A stretch of DNA of 64,000 nucleotides from Trueperaceae bacterium (GTDB lineage: Bacteria; Deinococcota; Deinococci; Deinococcales; Trueperaceae). A program made the position numbers and the translations under genes. Location: positions 4,160,001 to 4,224,000 of the forward strand of contig OZ243913.1 in the NCBI GenBank assembly GCA_965213705.1. The letters are read 5' to 3'. This document shows positions 18,126 through 28,667 of this stretch, piece after piece (position 1 is the stretch's first letter; every line of letters starts with the position of its first letter). The notes under the pieces were generated by a model. It worked only from the letters and a program-made list of their open reading frames with translations, did no database searches and had not been told where the DNA came from.

Positions 18126-19052
18126 ATGGGTTTCAAGTCTTCAGCTTCCAAGCCTTCGAGTTTCAAACCTCCAGCCGCCGAATCAAATCAGGTGCTCATC
18201 AAGCCGCCGGTTTCGAAGTACGTCATGCTCGCCGGCCTGCGGCTGCACTACCTGGCGGCAGGTGCCGCGGGGCCGCCCCTGCTCCTCCTGCACGGCACCG
18301 CCCTCGACTCCGGCCTGCTGAGCTACGGCGCGCTGCTGCCCGAGTTGGCCGAGCGTTTTCAGGTTTTCGCGCTCGACTGGCCCGGCTACGGCGACAGCGA
18401 CAAACCCAGGCTCGAGTACACGATGAACTTTTACAACGACGTCCTGCAGGGATTCGTCGACCGTTTGGGCTTTGAAAAGGTCAACATCGCCGCCTTTTCG
18501 ATGGGCGGGGCCGTGGCGCTGCGCTTCGCCCTGGAGCGCCCCGAACGCCTCGGCAAACTCGCGCTCATCAGCAGTTACGGCCTGGGCGCAACCCTTCACC
18601 TGCCGGTGGTGCCCCGCGTTCTTTTGAAAATTCCCGGCGTCGCCAACTTCGTGTGGCGTCAGCTCAGGACGCGGGGCGGTTTGCTGAGCTGGCTCGTCAA
18701 ACACCTCGTTTTCGGTCGCGCCGAGGTTGTTACGCCGGTCATGCTGGACGACGTTCGGGCGCAGCTCGAGTTGGAGGGTTTGCAGTACGCCTTTACAAAC
18801 TGGTTGGGCGGCGAACTCAGGCCGTGGCGCTTGGCGACCGACTTGCGCCGCAAGCTCGGCGACCTCGGAGCCGAAACCCTGCTGCTCCACGGCACCCGCG
18901 ACCTCGTCATTCCCGCCTACCGCTCGCGCCGCGCCGCAAAACTGCTCCCGAACGCGCGCTTGCATTTGATAAAAGGCGCAGGCCACTGGCTGCCGCGCGA
19001 AGCGCCGGACGAGGTGTTGGCGGCGTTGCTCGAGTTCTTCGGAAAGCCTTGA
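18126..19052 (+). CDS. Alpha/beta hydrolase
   Basis: LLLLHG, DWPGYGDS, AFSMGG nucleophile elbow, GTRD, GAGHW. Start taken at ATG 18126. Confidence 0.85.
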   Translation: MGFKSSASKPSSFKPPAAESNQVLIKPPVSKYVMLAGLRLHYLAAGAAGPPLLLLHGTALDSGLLSYGALLPELAERFQVFALDWPGYGDSDKPRLEYTMNFYNDVLQGFVDRLGFEKVNIAAFSMGGAVALRFALERPERLGKLALISSYGLGATLHLPVVPRVLLKIPGVANFVWRQLRTRGGLLSWLVKHLVFGRAEVVTPVMLDDVRAQLELEGLQYAFTNWLGGELRPWRLATDLRRKLGDLGAETLLLHGTRDLVIPAYRSRRAAKLLPNARLHLIKGAGHWLPREAPDEVLAALLEFFGKP

Positions 19053-19108
19053 CGAAAACGCACCTCGAACTTTCTCGTCGTCTACGAAATCATCGTCCAA
19101 AAACCGAT

Positions 19109-21010
19109 TTAGGGCGCTGTCGCTGTAGGCTGCTCGGGCACGCAGGGCACGTCCGCCGGACGCCGCTCGCCCCGCCGCTCGTAGACGCGCATCAGGCCGC
19201 GGGGTTCGGAGACGTAAACGAGGTCGTAGGGCTGCAGTTGCTCGAGCAGACCTGCAATGTCGTCTGCCAACCTTTCAAACGGTCCCCAAAACAGCACGTA
19301 GTCGACCGTGCACCCCGTCTCGGCCTCGTACCTGGAGAGGTCGATGCTGAAGGGCGGATATTCCAGGTGGCTTAGGCCGTCGCTCGTCTTGTCGGGAACG
19401 CTTTCCGAAGTCAGGTAGAGGTCGGGGCTCAGCTCGGGGCGCAGCCGCAGCGGGAAGTAGTCTTTGCGCGCCTGGTAGTTGCGCAAGTCCACGATGGTGC
19501 GCTCCAGGGCGATGTACCCCGTCGCGCCGATAAAGGGGCTCAGGCGCATTTCGGGAACCATCTCGGCGAGTCCGTTTTCCAGACTCGCGTCGCGGTTGTA
19601 GTTGTTGATGGGAATCGCCAGCACCGTCGAGTTGTCGTCGATGCTCTGCGCCGCCGACACGTATTCTTTGAGGTCGTAGTTGAAGGTCGCGTAGACGGGC
19701 AGGTGGTAGAGCAGACTCGCGGCGGCGAAGGCGAAGCCCAGAAGGGCCGCGTGTTGCCACAGGCGTGGCGTCAGGGGCTTGCTCGAGAGCCACAGCACGA
19801 ACAACAGGTACAAAAAGGGTAAAAAGCGCTCGGTCAACAAACCCACTTCGCCCAACCTGCGCGGCGACCACAACACCACGAGCGCGAACACGACGACCGC
19901 CGGCAAAATCAGGTCGCCGAAACCGCGTTCGCGCGGGCGCGTGCCTACAAACGTCCGGTAAAGGGCCACGCCCGCGAGCACCAGAAACAGCAGGTTCCAG
20001 GGCAGGGTGGCGAACGCGTCCGCGTAGGTGTACGTCGTCAGGACGCGTTCGCCGACTTCAAAGGGCGACGACGGCTGCGTCAAAAAGGTGCGAACCATCG
20101 TCGGCACGCCCACGAAGTTGGACAACGACGCGTCCGAGGTGGAGTCCCGGCCCGTCGTCAGGAAAAAAGCGCCGATGAGAACCACGACGGGCACAAAGGT
20201 GAGCACCGTAGCGCCGAACTCGAGCCACCCGGACCTCGTGTACAGGCCGCGCCGCACTGTCCGGTTGTCAGCAACGCTCGGGGGCTCGGCAGACGCCTGT
20301 TGGGGTTCACCCTGTTGAGTTTCGTCACGCCCTTCACCCGCGAAAGCGAGCAGCCTGAAAGCGGCCATGACCCCAATCGCCAACAGCGCGCTCGCCGCCG
20401 CGACCACGTGGACGAAGTAGGACAGGAGTAAAAGAAGCGCCACACCGACACCCTTTGCCAGCGTGGGCCGCTGCGCAAAAGAAAAGTAAACCCCTACCGT
20501 AACCGTAAAGACGACCAGCCCCAGCGCCAGGTTGTAAAGCCCCAGCAGCACGATGTAGGAGTAGATAAAGGGGAAAACCAAAAAAACCGCCAGCGCGTTG
20601 CCCCGCACGCGCCGGACGGCGAACAAAACGGCCAGGGGCAGCGCCACGACGTAAAAACTCAGGATGAGCTTTTCCGCCGTCAAGAGCGGCATGATCGAAC
20701 CCAAAACGACCAACAGACCGTGGTAAAGCTGGTTGGTCGCGACGCGCCACTGTGGGTAAAAAAAGGTGCTCAAAAAGGGCGCGTCGCCCTGCGCAAGCTC
20801 CTCGAGCACGGCTGCCGACCCCAGGTGAACGGGACCGTCGGCGGTCGGAAAATAGGTAAAAAGCCAGAGCGGCAGCAGGTAAAGCAGCGTCAAAAATGCA
20901 AAGTAGAGCACCCAAACAAAGCCCGAACGCCGACTGCGGTGACCTTTGTGGTGACCTTTCAAACGCTTCCCCCATTTCTTGCTCGTGACGCGTCCCAAAG
21001 GGCCGAGCAC
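19109..21010 (-). CDS. Polytopic membrane protein, putative GT-C-fold glycosyltransferase
   Basis: Many TM helices, acidic first loop YFPTADGPVH, and a C-terminal soluble domain. Paralog of 21548-23251. Confidence 0.7.
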   Translation of the reverse strand: MLGPLGRVTSKKWGKRLKGHHKGHRSRRSGFVWVLYFAFLTLLYLLPLWLFTYFPTADGPVHLGSAAVLEELAQGDAPFLSTFFYPQWRVATNQLYHGLLVVLGSIMPLLTAEKLILSFYVVALPLAVLFAVRRVRGNALAVFLVFPFIYSYIVLLGLYNLALGLVVFTVTVGVYFSFAQRPTLAKGVGVALLLLLSYFVHVVAAASALLAIGVMAAFRLLAFAGEGRDETQQGEPQQASAEPPSVADNRTVRRGLYTRSGWLEFGATVLTFVPVVVLIGAFFLTTGRDSTSDASLSNFVGVPTMVRTFLTQPSSPFEVGERVLTTYTYADAFATLPWNLLFLVLAGVALYRTFVGTRPRERGFGDLILPAVVVFALVVLWSPRRLGEVGLLTERFLPFLYLLFVLWLSSKPLTPRLWQHAALLGFAFAAASLLYHLPVYATFNYDLKEYVSAAQSIDDNSTVLAIPINNYNRDASLENGLAEMVPEMRLSPFIGATGYIALERTIVDLRNYQARKDYFPLRLRPELSPDLYLTSESVPDKTSDGLSHLEYPPFSIDLSRYEAETGCTVDYVLFWGPFERLADDIAGLLEQLQPYDLVYVSEPRGLMRVYERRGERRPADVPCVPEQPTATAP

Positions 21011-21547
21011 GACTAGCTTGTTTGAGACACCTGAGTCCGCAGGGTGAGCGGGATGTCTCGGCGCTGCACCGGAGTGTTCAACTGTTTTTCTGGGTTGCCG
21101 CAGCCCAAGCGCCGGTTCAGCGCGCCGCTCCCTACCGGACTATACCGCATGTCACCAGGAGGGTTGAAAAGCTCGAGCGGTTACGGTGAGTCGGCTCTTC
21201 TCAGGGCGGCGGGCGTGAGCTTTTTTATCCGGCACCGAAAGAAAATCTTGTATCTTGTGACGTAGGCCGTTGCGGGTCGGGGCAGACCGCGCATAAACTC
21301 CAGTCGGTAAGGTGTCGGGACCAGCGTTCCGTCAAGCTTGGATTTCAAACTGAGAGGGGGGCTTTTGAGCACTGTTTGGTCGTCACCATTTGGTTCCAAC
21401 AAGGGTTATAGATTCTCCAGCAGCTTTGAGCCCGCCACGGCGACGCGTCCATGATGCAAGACCGAGGTCCGAAGCGAGGTTTTACAACCCTTTTAGGTCG
21501 TGCGCCCCTTATGCCTATGCAAAGTATTTCCGTGCGAACTAAACATC

Positions 21548-23251
21548 ATGCAAAATAGGTGGGCACACCAGTTGCCCGCGAGGGTTGAACCTGTCACGCG
21601 TTACGACAATTACGTCATCCTCGGCTTGTTTGTAGGTCTGGGCGCCGTCTCATTGTTGCCCGTTTGGTTGTTCGCTTACTTTCCCAGCCAGGATGGCCCC
21701 GCTCACCTGGGGTCGGCGGCCGTGCTCAGGGCGCTGAGTGAGGGGAGTTCGGCGCTCGGAGCTGTCTACATGGCCCAGTGGGACGCCAACACCAACCAGG
21801 TTTACTTTTTGCTGCTGCAGGCTCTGGGTAAAGTTTTGCCCCTTTTGGTAGCGGAAAAAGTGGTGCTCAGCCTGTTCGTGCTCGGCTTGCCCCTCGCCAG
21901 TTTGGGGGCGGTCCGCATGGTCAAGGGTTCGCCTTACGCGGCATTGCTCAGTTTCCCTCTCGTCTACACCCTGCCCATATACATGGGCTTTTTCAACTTC
22001 TGCCTGAGCCTACCCCTGTTCGTCTTGAGCGTCGGCTGCTACGCCGCCTTCGCCGCAGCGCCCTCCCGAATCAAGGGGCTCGGGTTGGCGGGGCTGCTGC
22101 TCCTGCTGTACCTGACCCACATCGTCGCGGCGGTCAGCGCCATGCTGGTCGTTTTTTCTGCGACCCTGGTGCGGCTCTGCCAACCGCGGCCGCGGCGCGA
22201 GCGGCTCGAGCAGGGGGCGGCCCTCCTCAGCGTCGCGCCCACCGGCGTCCTCGTCGCGGTGTTCTTGCTCCTGTTCAGACAGTCGGCCGAAGCGAGCGGC
22301 CCTGAACGGAGCGCGCTGGCCCGGATAGGTGACTTTTTTTCACACTCTTTCGCGCTCGTGAACGAGCCCCTGTCTCCCTACGCCAAGCTGGTTTACCTGC
22401 TCGAGCCCTTCGCCAGGGCCGACCGCCTGTACACGTTGCCCCTGTTCGGTTTGCTGCTGGGCTTGTTCGTTTTCGGTGTGATTAAGGTTACCCGAACGCG
22501 CACGTGGCGGCGGCACCTGCCGCTGTTTACCGCGACCTGCCTGTTCGTCCTGCTGTTGGCCGTAGCGCCGGGTCGCTACGGCGCGCTCGGCTGGTTGCCG
22601 GGGCGGCTGTCGCCGCTGGTCGGTTTGGTCTTTTTGCTGTGGCTGGCGACGCTTGCCCTACCTGCCGCTCTGTGGCGGCTGACGGCGGTGGGGGTCGCGG
22701 TCGTTACTGTCCTGTCGGTGAGCTACCGCCTGCCCGTCCACCAGCAACTGAACGCGGTTATAGAGGAGTACGTCGCGGCCGCGGCGGTCGTGCCCGCGGG
22801 CGCGGTGGCGTTGCCGCTGCACTTGGAAGAGCGCTACCAGGCCGAGGGGCTCAAACCCGTGCTGGGCAGGGCGAGGTTCAACGCCTTCGAGCACGCCGCG
22901 AGCTACGCCAACCTGGAACGTCCCTTCGCCAACCTGCGCAACTTCGAGCCGGAGCGCCCGTATTTTCCCCTGCAGTACCGGCCTGGCAGAGACCCCAACA
23001 TCTACCTCAGCCCCGACCAGCAACTCAGCCGTTTCGAACAGCGCCCGCTGCACCTCAGCTTGGCCGCTTATGAGGCGCGCACGGGCGTGCGCGTCGACTA
23101 CGTGCTCGTCTGGGGAAGGGTTGAAAAGGTCAGTTCCCAGCCGGACGTCGTCGACCTGTACAACCAACTGGACAGCGATTATGAGTTGGTTTCGACCTCG
23201 AGCCCCAGAGGGCTCCTGCACGTCTACCGGCACCGCGCCAGCCTCAACTAA
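21548..23251 (+). CDS. Polytopic membrane protein, putative GT-C-fold glycosyltransferase
   Basis: YFPSQDGPAH first loop and many TMs. Paralog of 19109-21010. Confidence 0.7.
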   Translation: MQNRWAHQLPARVEPVTRYDNYVILGLFVGLGAVSLLPVWLFAYFPSQDGPAHLGSAAVLRALSEGSSALGAVYMAQWDANTNQVYFLLLQALGKVLPLLVAEKVVLSLFVLGLPLASLGAVRMVKGSPYAALLSFPLVYTLPIYMGFFNFCLSLPLFVLSVGCYAAFAAAPSRIKGLGLAGLLLLLYLTHIVAAVSAMLVVFSATLVRLCQPRPRRERLEQGAALLSVAPTGVLVAVFLLLFRQSAEASGPERSALARIGDFFSHSFALVNEPLSPYAKLVYLLEPFARADRLYTLPLFGLLLGLFVFGVIKVTRTRTWRRHLPLFTATCLFVLLLAVAPGRYGALGWLPGRLSPLVGLVFLLWLATLALPAALWRLTAVGVAVVTVLSVSYRLPVHQQLNAVIEEYVAAAAVVPAGAVALPLHLEERYQAEGLKPVLGRARFNAFEHAASYANLERPFANLRNFEPERPYFPLQYRPGRDPNIYLSPDQQLSRFEQRPLHLSLAAYEARTGVRVDYVLVWGRVEKVSSQPDVVDLYNQLDSDYELVSTSSPRGLLHVYRHRASLN

Positions 23252-23261
23252 GGAGCAAGCT

Positions 23262-24707
23262 ATGCTCAAGTCTGACAAACGCCTCTCGCTCCTCGTCTGG
23301 GCGCTGCTGCTCGGCTCGACCGCGCTGATTTTCCTGCTCGGCCAGGTGCGCTACTTCGACCACGACGAGTTCGAGGCGCTGCACACCGCCTGGAAGATGT
23401 TCAGCGGCGAGGTGATTTACACCGACTTTCTGCAACACCACCACCCCTTTTTGTACTATCTCCTGCAGCCGCTTTACCACCTGTTCGGCGCGGGCGTACC
23501 GGTTATCTTGGCCGCGCGCGTCGGTGCCGCCGCGCTGCTCACCGTGACCCTGGGTGTGACTTACCTCATCGCTTTCGAGCTGTACCGCGACCGGCTCGTC
23601 GCCCTGACGAGCGCTTTCTTTCTCGCCGGCTTCGCCCTGTACGTTGACAAGATGTTAGAGGTCAGGCCCGACGTGCCCATGAGCCTGCTGGCGCTGCTGG
23701 GCACCTACTGCGTGCTGCGGGCGCAGCGGACGCGGCAGCGCTGGCTGTTGGCGCTCGGCGGCCTGCTGTTCGGACTGGCGTTTATGTTTTTGCAAAAGGC
23801 GATTGTGCTGCTGTTCGCCGTCGGCGTGGTGCTCTTGGCGCGGCTGTTCACCCGACAACTGCGCTTCGTCGACTTACTGGTCTTCGGCGGCGCGGTGTTA
23901 GTGCCCGTTCTTCCCTACGCTTTTCACCTGCTGGCGACGGGACGGCTCGAGACCTTTCTCTTTTACAATTTCACCTTCAACACCCTTTACTACCGGCTGC
24001 GCGGCTGGGAAGTTTACAAGCTTATCGACAACGTCAGCACCCTGTACAAGTACAACGTCATCGTCGTCGCCCTGTTTCTGTACGCGGCTTTCTTTTTGCC
24101 CAAAAAGCGGCTCGAGTGGGAACTGCTCGTCTTTGTCGCGGGCGTGCTCGGCTTCACCTTGCTGACCGGACGCCACAACCCCCAGTACTACATCCTGGCG
24201 TTTCCCTTTATGGCGGTGCTGGCGGCTCGAGCCTTTTGGGGCGTGTTGCGGCCGCGGCCGGCCGTGGCGGCGCTGCTGCTGCTCGTCATCGTCTATGGCA
24301 CCCTGGACAGGGACCACGGGTACTTGGTGGCGGGGAGCGGCACGAACGCTGGGCAGCTCGAGCAGGTCGAACACGTGTTGGCCTTGACCGAGCCCGACGA
24401 CTACGTCTACGACGGCAACATCACCTTCAACTTGTTCCGCCGCGACATCGGCTTCGTGTGGTGGATGACCGGCGAGCCTTACAAGGCGATTCAAACGCTG
24501 GAAGAGTTGAGAGACTACGACTACGACGTTTACGAGCTTATCGCGGAGTACCAGCCCAAAATCATCAGCGACTTCGGAATACCCGACATGAGCCGACCCG
24601 TCATCGCCGACCACTACGTCCAGGACGAAGTTTTCCCGGACCTTTACGTGCGCGTGTCGGCTGCCGGCGGCGACGAGCGCGCGGAGGGCGGGCAAAAAAG
24701 CCCCTAG
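23262..24707 (+). CDS. ArnT/PMT-like (GT-C) glycosyltransferase
   Basis: First-loop DHDE, YTDFLQHHHPFLY, EVRPD, PQYY. AAGGAG RBS. Confidence 0.8.
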   Translation: MLKSDKRLSLLVWALLLGSTALIFLLGQVRYFDHDEFEALHTAWKMFSGEVIYTDFLQHHHPFLYYLLQPLYHLFGAGVPVILAARVGAAALLTVTLGVTYLIAFELYRDRLVALTSAFFLAGFALYVDKMLEVRPDVPMSLLALLGTYCVLRAQRTRQRWLLALGGLLFGLAFMFLQKAIVLLFAVGVVLLARLFTRQLRFVDLLVFGGAVLVPVLPYAFHLLATGRLETFLFYNFTFNTLYYRLRGWEVYKLIDNVSTLYKYNVIVVALFLYAAFFLPKKRLEWELLVFVAGVLGFTLLTGRHNPQYYILAFPFMAVLAARAFWGVLRPRPAVAALLLLVIVYGTLDRDHGYLVAGSGTNAGQLEQVEHVLALTEPDDYVYDGNITFNLFRRDIGFVWWMTGEPYKAIQTLEELRDYDYDVYELIAEYQPKIISDFGIPDMSRPVIADHYVQDEVFPDLYVRVSAAGGDERAEGGQKSP

Positions 24708-24850
24708 AGAACTGTGAAGGCTGCAGCTCTCAAATTCTACAGGCAGTTGAGACGGCAGCGTTGCGGCCTCGTTTGTAAGTCCCTCGGTCCAAAAGGCGAC
24801 CTCTCTTGTCAAGGGGGCAAGGTCGACAGCCGTTTTGTTCGGTTTTTTAT

Positions 24851-24992
24851 ACCCTTTCCCTTTGTTCCCTTAGAAATAAATCACGAGTGGAGCGAGAAGA
24901 AACGGATACGAATTCCAATAGGGAAGCGAATAGTTTTAAGGTTTATGAGCTGTATTGTCGAAATCCATGTCAGCTGTAGGGTCGGAATCCGT
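24851..24992. repeat. Degenerate dispersed repeat, copy A
   Basis: Aligns by eye with 47022-47141 (accctttcc..ttccct..agcgagaa..gatacgaa..caata.ggaagcgaa..agctgta..ggaatccgt). Confidence 0.7.
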
Positions 24993-24993
24993 T

Positions 24994-25971
24994 TTACTTA
25001 CGGGTCAGTCTCGCCGCGATGACGGCAGGGTCTTGTACCTGCGTGTCGGCGCGACTTCTCCAAAAAGCCACAACTTCCCAGAAAACGACCGGCAGGCTTA
25101 TCAACGACAGCAGCCAGTAGGCGTAAAGCGTGTAGCCCAAACCTATCAGCGTGGCTTGCTCGGCGCTGGCGTGGGCGCTGAGCAGGGCGACGAAGGCGGC
25201 GTCGCGGGTGCCGATGCCGCTGATGGTCAGGGGCAACAGCCCCGCTAAAACAGCCGGCGGGAACACGCTGTAGGCCACCGTCACGCCGAAGGGCGCGCCG
25301 AACGCTTGGCCCAAACAGTAGACCGTGAACCCACCCGCCGCCCAGGTAAGCAGCGAGCCCGTCAGCGTTTGAGCGATGGCCGCCGTGTCTTTGAGCCAGC
25401 GCACGAACACGTCTTTGAAACTGCTCAGGATGCCCACCACTTTGCCGGGCAGCGGCAGCTTTTTAAAGGGCGTGAACAGCACCACGCCGAAGACGACGGC
25501 GACGCCACCCAGCAGCCCGGCACCGGCCAGACTGCCCCACACAACGCCGCTGTGCAAAGAGCCCAAAAGGGCGAGCAGGCCCAAGACGGCCAAGTCTACA
25601 AAGCGCTCGAGCAGCACCGTCCCGACCCCTTGGGTAAACCCGCCCTGTTTGCGCAAGTAGCCGGCCTTGGCAGCGTCCCCCAACTTTGACGGTAAAAAGC
25701 TGTTGAGCACGTTCGCCATAAGGACGGCGCGCAAGCTCGTCAGGTAAGGAACGCGCACGTTGCCCAGCGCCCGCAGCACCCCGCGCCAGCGCAGCACGGC
25801 GCTGAAGGGCATACTAAAGGTGAGCAGCGCGGCCAGCACCAGCCAGCGCTTGTCCGCACCCGCCACCAGCACCCGCGCTTCCTGTAAGTCGATGCGGCTT
25901 AAGAGCAGCGCGACCAAGCCCACCGACACGACGACGCTGCCGACCGCCAGGATGAGGCGTTTTTTAGACAT
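24994..25971 (-). CDS. UPF0104/LPG-synthase-TM flippase-like membrane protein
   Basis: RW..VL, NSFLPSKLGDAAK, ERFVDL, LPLTISGIGTRDAA. Confidence 0.85.
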   Translation of the reverse strand: MSKKRLILAVGSVVVSVGLVALLLSRIDLQEARVLVAGADKRWLVLAALLTFSMPFSAVLRWRGVLRALGNVRVPYLTSLRAVLMANVLNSFLPSKLGDAAKAGYLRKQGGFTQGVGTVLLERFVDLAVLGLLALLGSLHSGVVWGSLAGAGLLGGVAVVFGVVLFTPFKKLPLPGKVVGILSSFKDVFVRWLKDTAAIAQTLTGSLLTWAAGGFTVYCLGQAFGAPFGVTVAYSVFPPAVLAGLLPLTISGIGTRDAAFVALLSAHASAEQATLIGLGYTLYAYWLLSLISLPVVFWEVVAFWRSRADTQVQDPAVIAARLTRK

Positions 25972-27718
25972 GGCCCGCTTCGACACTTTTAGCAGCGACA
26001 CTTTGGGTAGCGACACTTTGGGTAGCGTCACCTTGACTACCGACGCCTTCGCCGAGGGCGACCCGAGTCTTGGTGAGTCGGCGGCTACTGTTGAGCTGCT
26101 CTATTTCAGCCGCGCTCAGACTGACACCGGAAACGTCCAACTCTTGAGACTGGAAGTAGCGCGACTGCGGCACGTAGCGCACAAAAAACTCGTCGCCGAC
26201 GGCGAGCGACGAGACTTTGACGTCGCCCGTAAGCTCTACCGTGTCCGTCACGCTCACTTGGTCGCCTATACGAACCTCCCGCTTGAACTTGACCGGCGCG
26301 GGGCGCTGGCCTAGCATGAGGGTTTTGCGGATTTGGCCTTTGAGCAGGTGCGCCAGTCTGGGCGACCAGCCGATCAGCAGCAGCACCCCTCGGAAGGCTA
26401 AGTTCTTGGTGAGGTTGAAGACCTTGTGGGACGGCACCCACTGGCAAGTTCCCGCCACCTCGAAGCCTTTATCGTCCTGCGCCACCCGGTAGCCAGGGTC
26501 TATCCACTGGCTCGTGAAAGTTTTGCCCTCGGTCGTTGTACCGATGACGCCGCAGTCGTTGAAAAGAAGCGCGCCATCCGCCAGGTCGAAAGTTTTGACC
26601 ACGCCCCCTTTGGCTAGGTTGGCCGCCAGGTAGTAGCCGGGCATCTTTTTGACATAAACGCGGGCGCGTTCGAAGTAGCGGGTAAAAGGTTCGCGCTCGA
26701 AGGGCAGTTCGGGTAGCTGGGCCGGGCGCTCCTGGTAGTCCACGTAGGCCAGCAAAAATTCCGGCACCCGGTAAACCAGGTAGCGGTCGGAGATGATTTC
26801 GGGCGGGACGAGCTTGTCCGCCGCCAGGCCTTGCAGCAGGTGCTCGGCGACGGCGCCCGCCAGCGGCACCTCCGCGGCCAGCGCTTCGTAGCCGTGGCAA
26901 TAAAAGTGCAGCGTGTTGCGGCTGCCCAGGCTGCCGCCGTAAAAGCCGTTGGGGTAGGCGAAGTAGCTGCTCATCTCGACCGAGTCTCGAATCACCTCCA
27001 GCAGCCGGGGGTCGCGGTTGTCCTGGTAGATTTTCGCTAAAAACGACACCGTCGCCGACAAGTAGCCGGGGTCTATGCCGTCGTACTCTCTTGACCAACC
27101 CTCTTCGGTCTGGTACTCCAAAAAGCCCGTCCAGACGCGCTCGTAACCGTCTCTAAGCTTTTCCTCTTTGAGCAGCGCGTAGGCTTTCCACACGGCCAAA
27201 CAGGCCATCGCGTGGTGGTTGGCTAGGTGGTCCTCCTCGGACTCGCCCGCGGCGACGAAGTAGGCCGCCTTGCGCACCGCGTTTTCGACCTTGCGGCGCA
27301 GGTCGGCGGGCACCTCGTCGCCCAGCAGGTTCAGCGCCTCTACGGTCGTGTAGGTGGTAAAGGCCGTCGGCCCGACCCAACCCCGCTCGTAGGGGTAAAA
27401 CTCGTCGAAAGAGCCGTCGCGGTGCTGGATGTCCGCCCAGAAGTTCAAGCCCGCCAGCGTCCACTCGAGCACCTTGGGGTGCTGATAATAAATGTTTCCC
27501 GGCATCGGATGTTTGTAAGCCAGCGCCAGCGCGTGGACGGCGAACTGCCGCACCGCGTCGGGAAAGTCCGACGTTTTGTCCAGCCAGTAGTCGCGGTGAA
27601 AGCAACCGTAGGTCGGCGAAAATGGGTTGCGGTCCTGGTTGCCCAGGATGCGCGGCAGCTGTGACAGGGCTTTTTGAGCGTAGACGCTGCGCTCGGCGCG
27701 GTTAGGGTTCACGTTCAC
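25964..27718 (-). CDS. Conserved hypothetical enzyme, probable (alpha/alpha)-barrel sugar-modifying protein
   Basis: 584 aa, soluble. Repeated helix-Q-x-x-DG-like motifs (IQHRDGSFDEFYP, YQTEEGWSREYDG), NHHA, and a C-terminal beta region. Confidence 0.7.
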   Translation of the reverse strand: MNVNPNRAERSVYAQKALSQLPRILGNQDRNPFSPTYGCFHRDYWLDKTSDFPDAVRQFAVHALALAYKHPMPGNIYYQHPKVLEWTLAGLNFWADIQHRDGSFDEFYPYERGWVGPTAFTTYTTVEALNLLGDEVPADLRRKVENAVRKAAYFVAAGESEEDHLANHHAMACLAVWKAYALLKEEKLRDGYERVWTGFLEYQTEEGWSREYDGIDPGYLSATVSFLAKIYQDNRDPRLLEVIRDSVEMSSYFAYPNGFYGGSLGSRNTLHFYCHGYEALAAEVPLAGAVAEHLLQGLAADKLVPPEIISDRYLVYRVPEFLLAYVDYQERPAQLPELPFEREPFTRYFERARVYVKKMPGYYLAANLAKGGVVKTFDLADGALLFNDCGVIGTTTEGKTFTSQWIDPGYRVAQDDKGFEVAGTCQWVPSHKVFNLTKNLAFRGVLLLIGWSPRLAHLLKGQIRKTLMLGQRPAPVKFKREVRIGDQVSVTDTVELTGDVKVSSLAVGDEFFVRYVPQSRYFQSQELDVSGVSLSAAEIEQLNSSRRLTKTRVALGEGVGSQGDATQSVATQSVAAKSVEAGHV

Positions 27719-28667
27719 TCCTCAAACGGGCGCTCGACTTGTCAATCAGGTCGGCCAACATCCCAGTGGTAAGGACTTGGATGGCGGAAATAAACAGGAT
27801 AACGCTGACCACCAGTAGCCCCCCGCCCGCGAACAGGCGGTAGAGCAGGGTGAGCAGGCTCGCTAAAAACAGCGCAAAGCTGATGGGCAAAAAGATTCGC
27901 AACGGGTTGAAGTACATGACGGTGCGAATCACCAACTGCGTAAAGCGAATCGTGTCCTGGATGGGTTTGATTTTGGAGTTGCCCTGGCGGTGCTGGTAGT
28001 CTATCGGCACGTACTTCACAAAGTAACCGTCCGAGAGCATCGCCAGCGTGATGGTCGTGGTAAACGAAAAACTGTCGGGCAGGATGTGCAAAAAGCCCGT
28101 GACGACCTGCTTGTTCATGACCCGGAAACCCGAATTTAGGTCGGGAATGCGCGTGCTTGACAAGTAGTTGGCAAGCTCGTTGAGCGCCTTTTTGGCGGGC
28201 TTGCGGACGAGGGGGATTTTGACGTTGTCCCCGGTCCTGGCTCCGACAATCATGTCGCTGCCGCTCTGCCTATAATCCCGAACAAACTCGGCCATGCGCT
28301 CGTTGGGATAGGTCCCGTCCGCGTCGGTGATGACGATGGTGTCGAAGCGGGCGTTTTTGATGCCGGTCTTGAGCGCCGCCCCGTAGCCCCGGTTGACGGG
28401 GTGAACGACCTTGACGAGGTGAGGCAAATCGATGCCCGCCAGCACCTGAGCGGTGCCGTCCCTCGAGCCGTCGTCCACCGCAATTATCTCGAACACCATG
28501 TCGGAGGCCGCCAGGTGCTCGTGAACCTGGCGCAAAGTTTCTTCGACCGCACCGACTTCGTTGTAAACCGGGATGACGACGGAGGCTCCGGCTTCCGTCG
28601 TCGCCGGGGACGCCGTGGGTATTAGGTCCGCGGTGTTGCGGGTTTGTGCGGGTGAACCTGACTGCAT
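27702..28667 (-). CDS. GT2 glycosyltransferase (polyprenol-phosphate sugar synthase-like)
   Basis: VIPVYNE, VDDGSRD, NRGYGAALKTG, TDADGTY, DLNSGFR, and two C-terminal TMs. GGAGG RBS. Confidence 0.92.
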   Translation of the reverse strand: MQSGSPAQTRNTADLIPTASPATTEAGASVVIPVYNEVGAVEETLRQVHEHLAASDMVFEIIAVDDGSRDGTAQVLAGIDLPHLVKVVHPVNRGYGAALKTGIKNARFDTIVITDADGTYPNERMAEFVRDYRQSGSDMIVGARTGDNVKIPLVRKPAKKALNELANYLSSTRIPDLNSGFRVMNKQVVTGFLHILPDSFSFTTTITLAMLSDGYFVKYVPIDYQHRQGNSKIKPIQDTIRFTQLVIRTVMYFNPLRIFLPISFALFLASLLTLLYRLFAGGGLLVVSVILFISAIQVLTTGMLADLIDKSSARLRSEREP

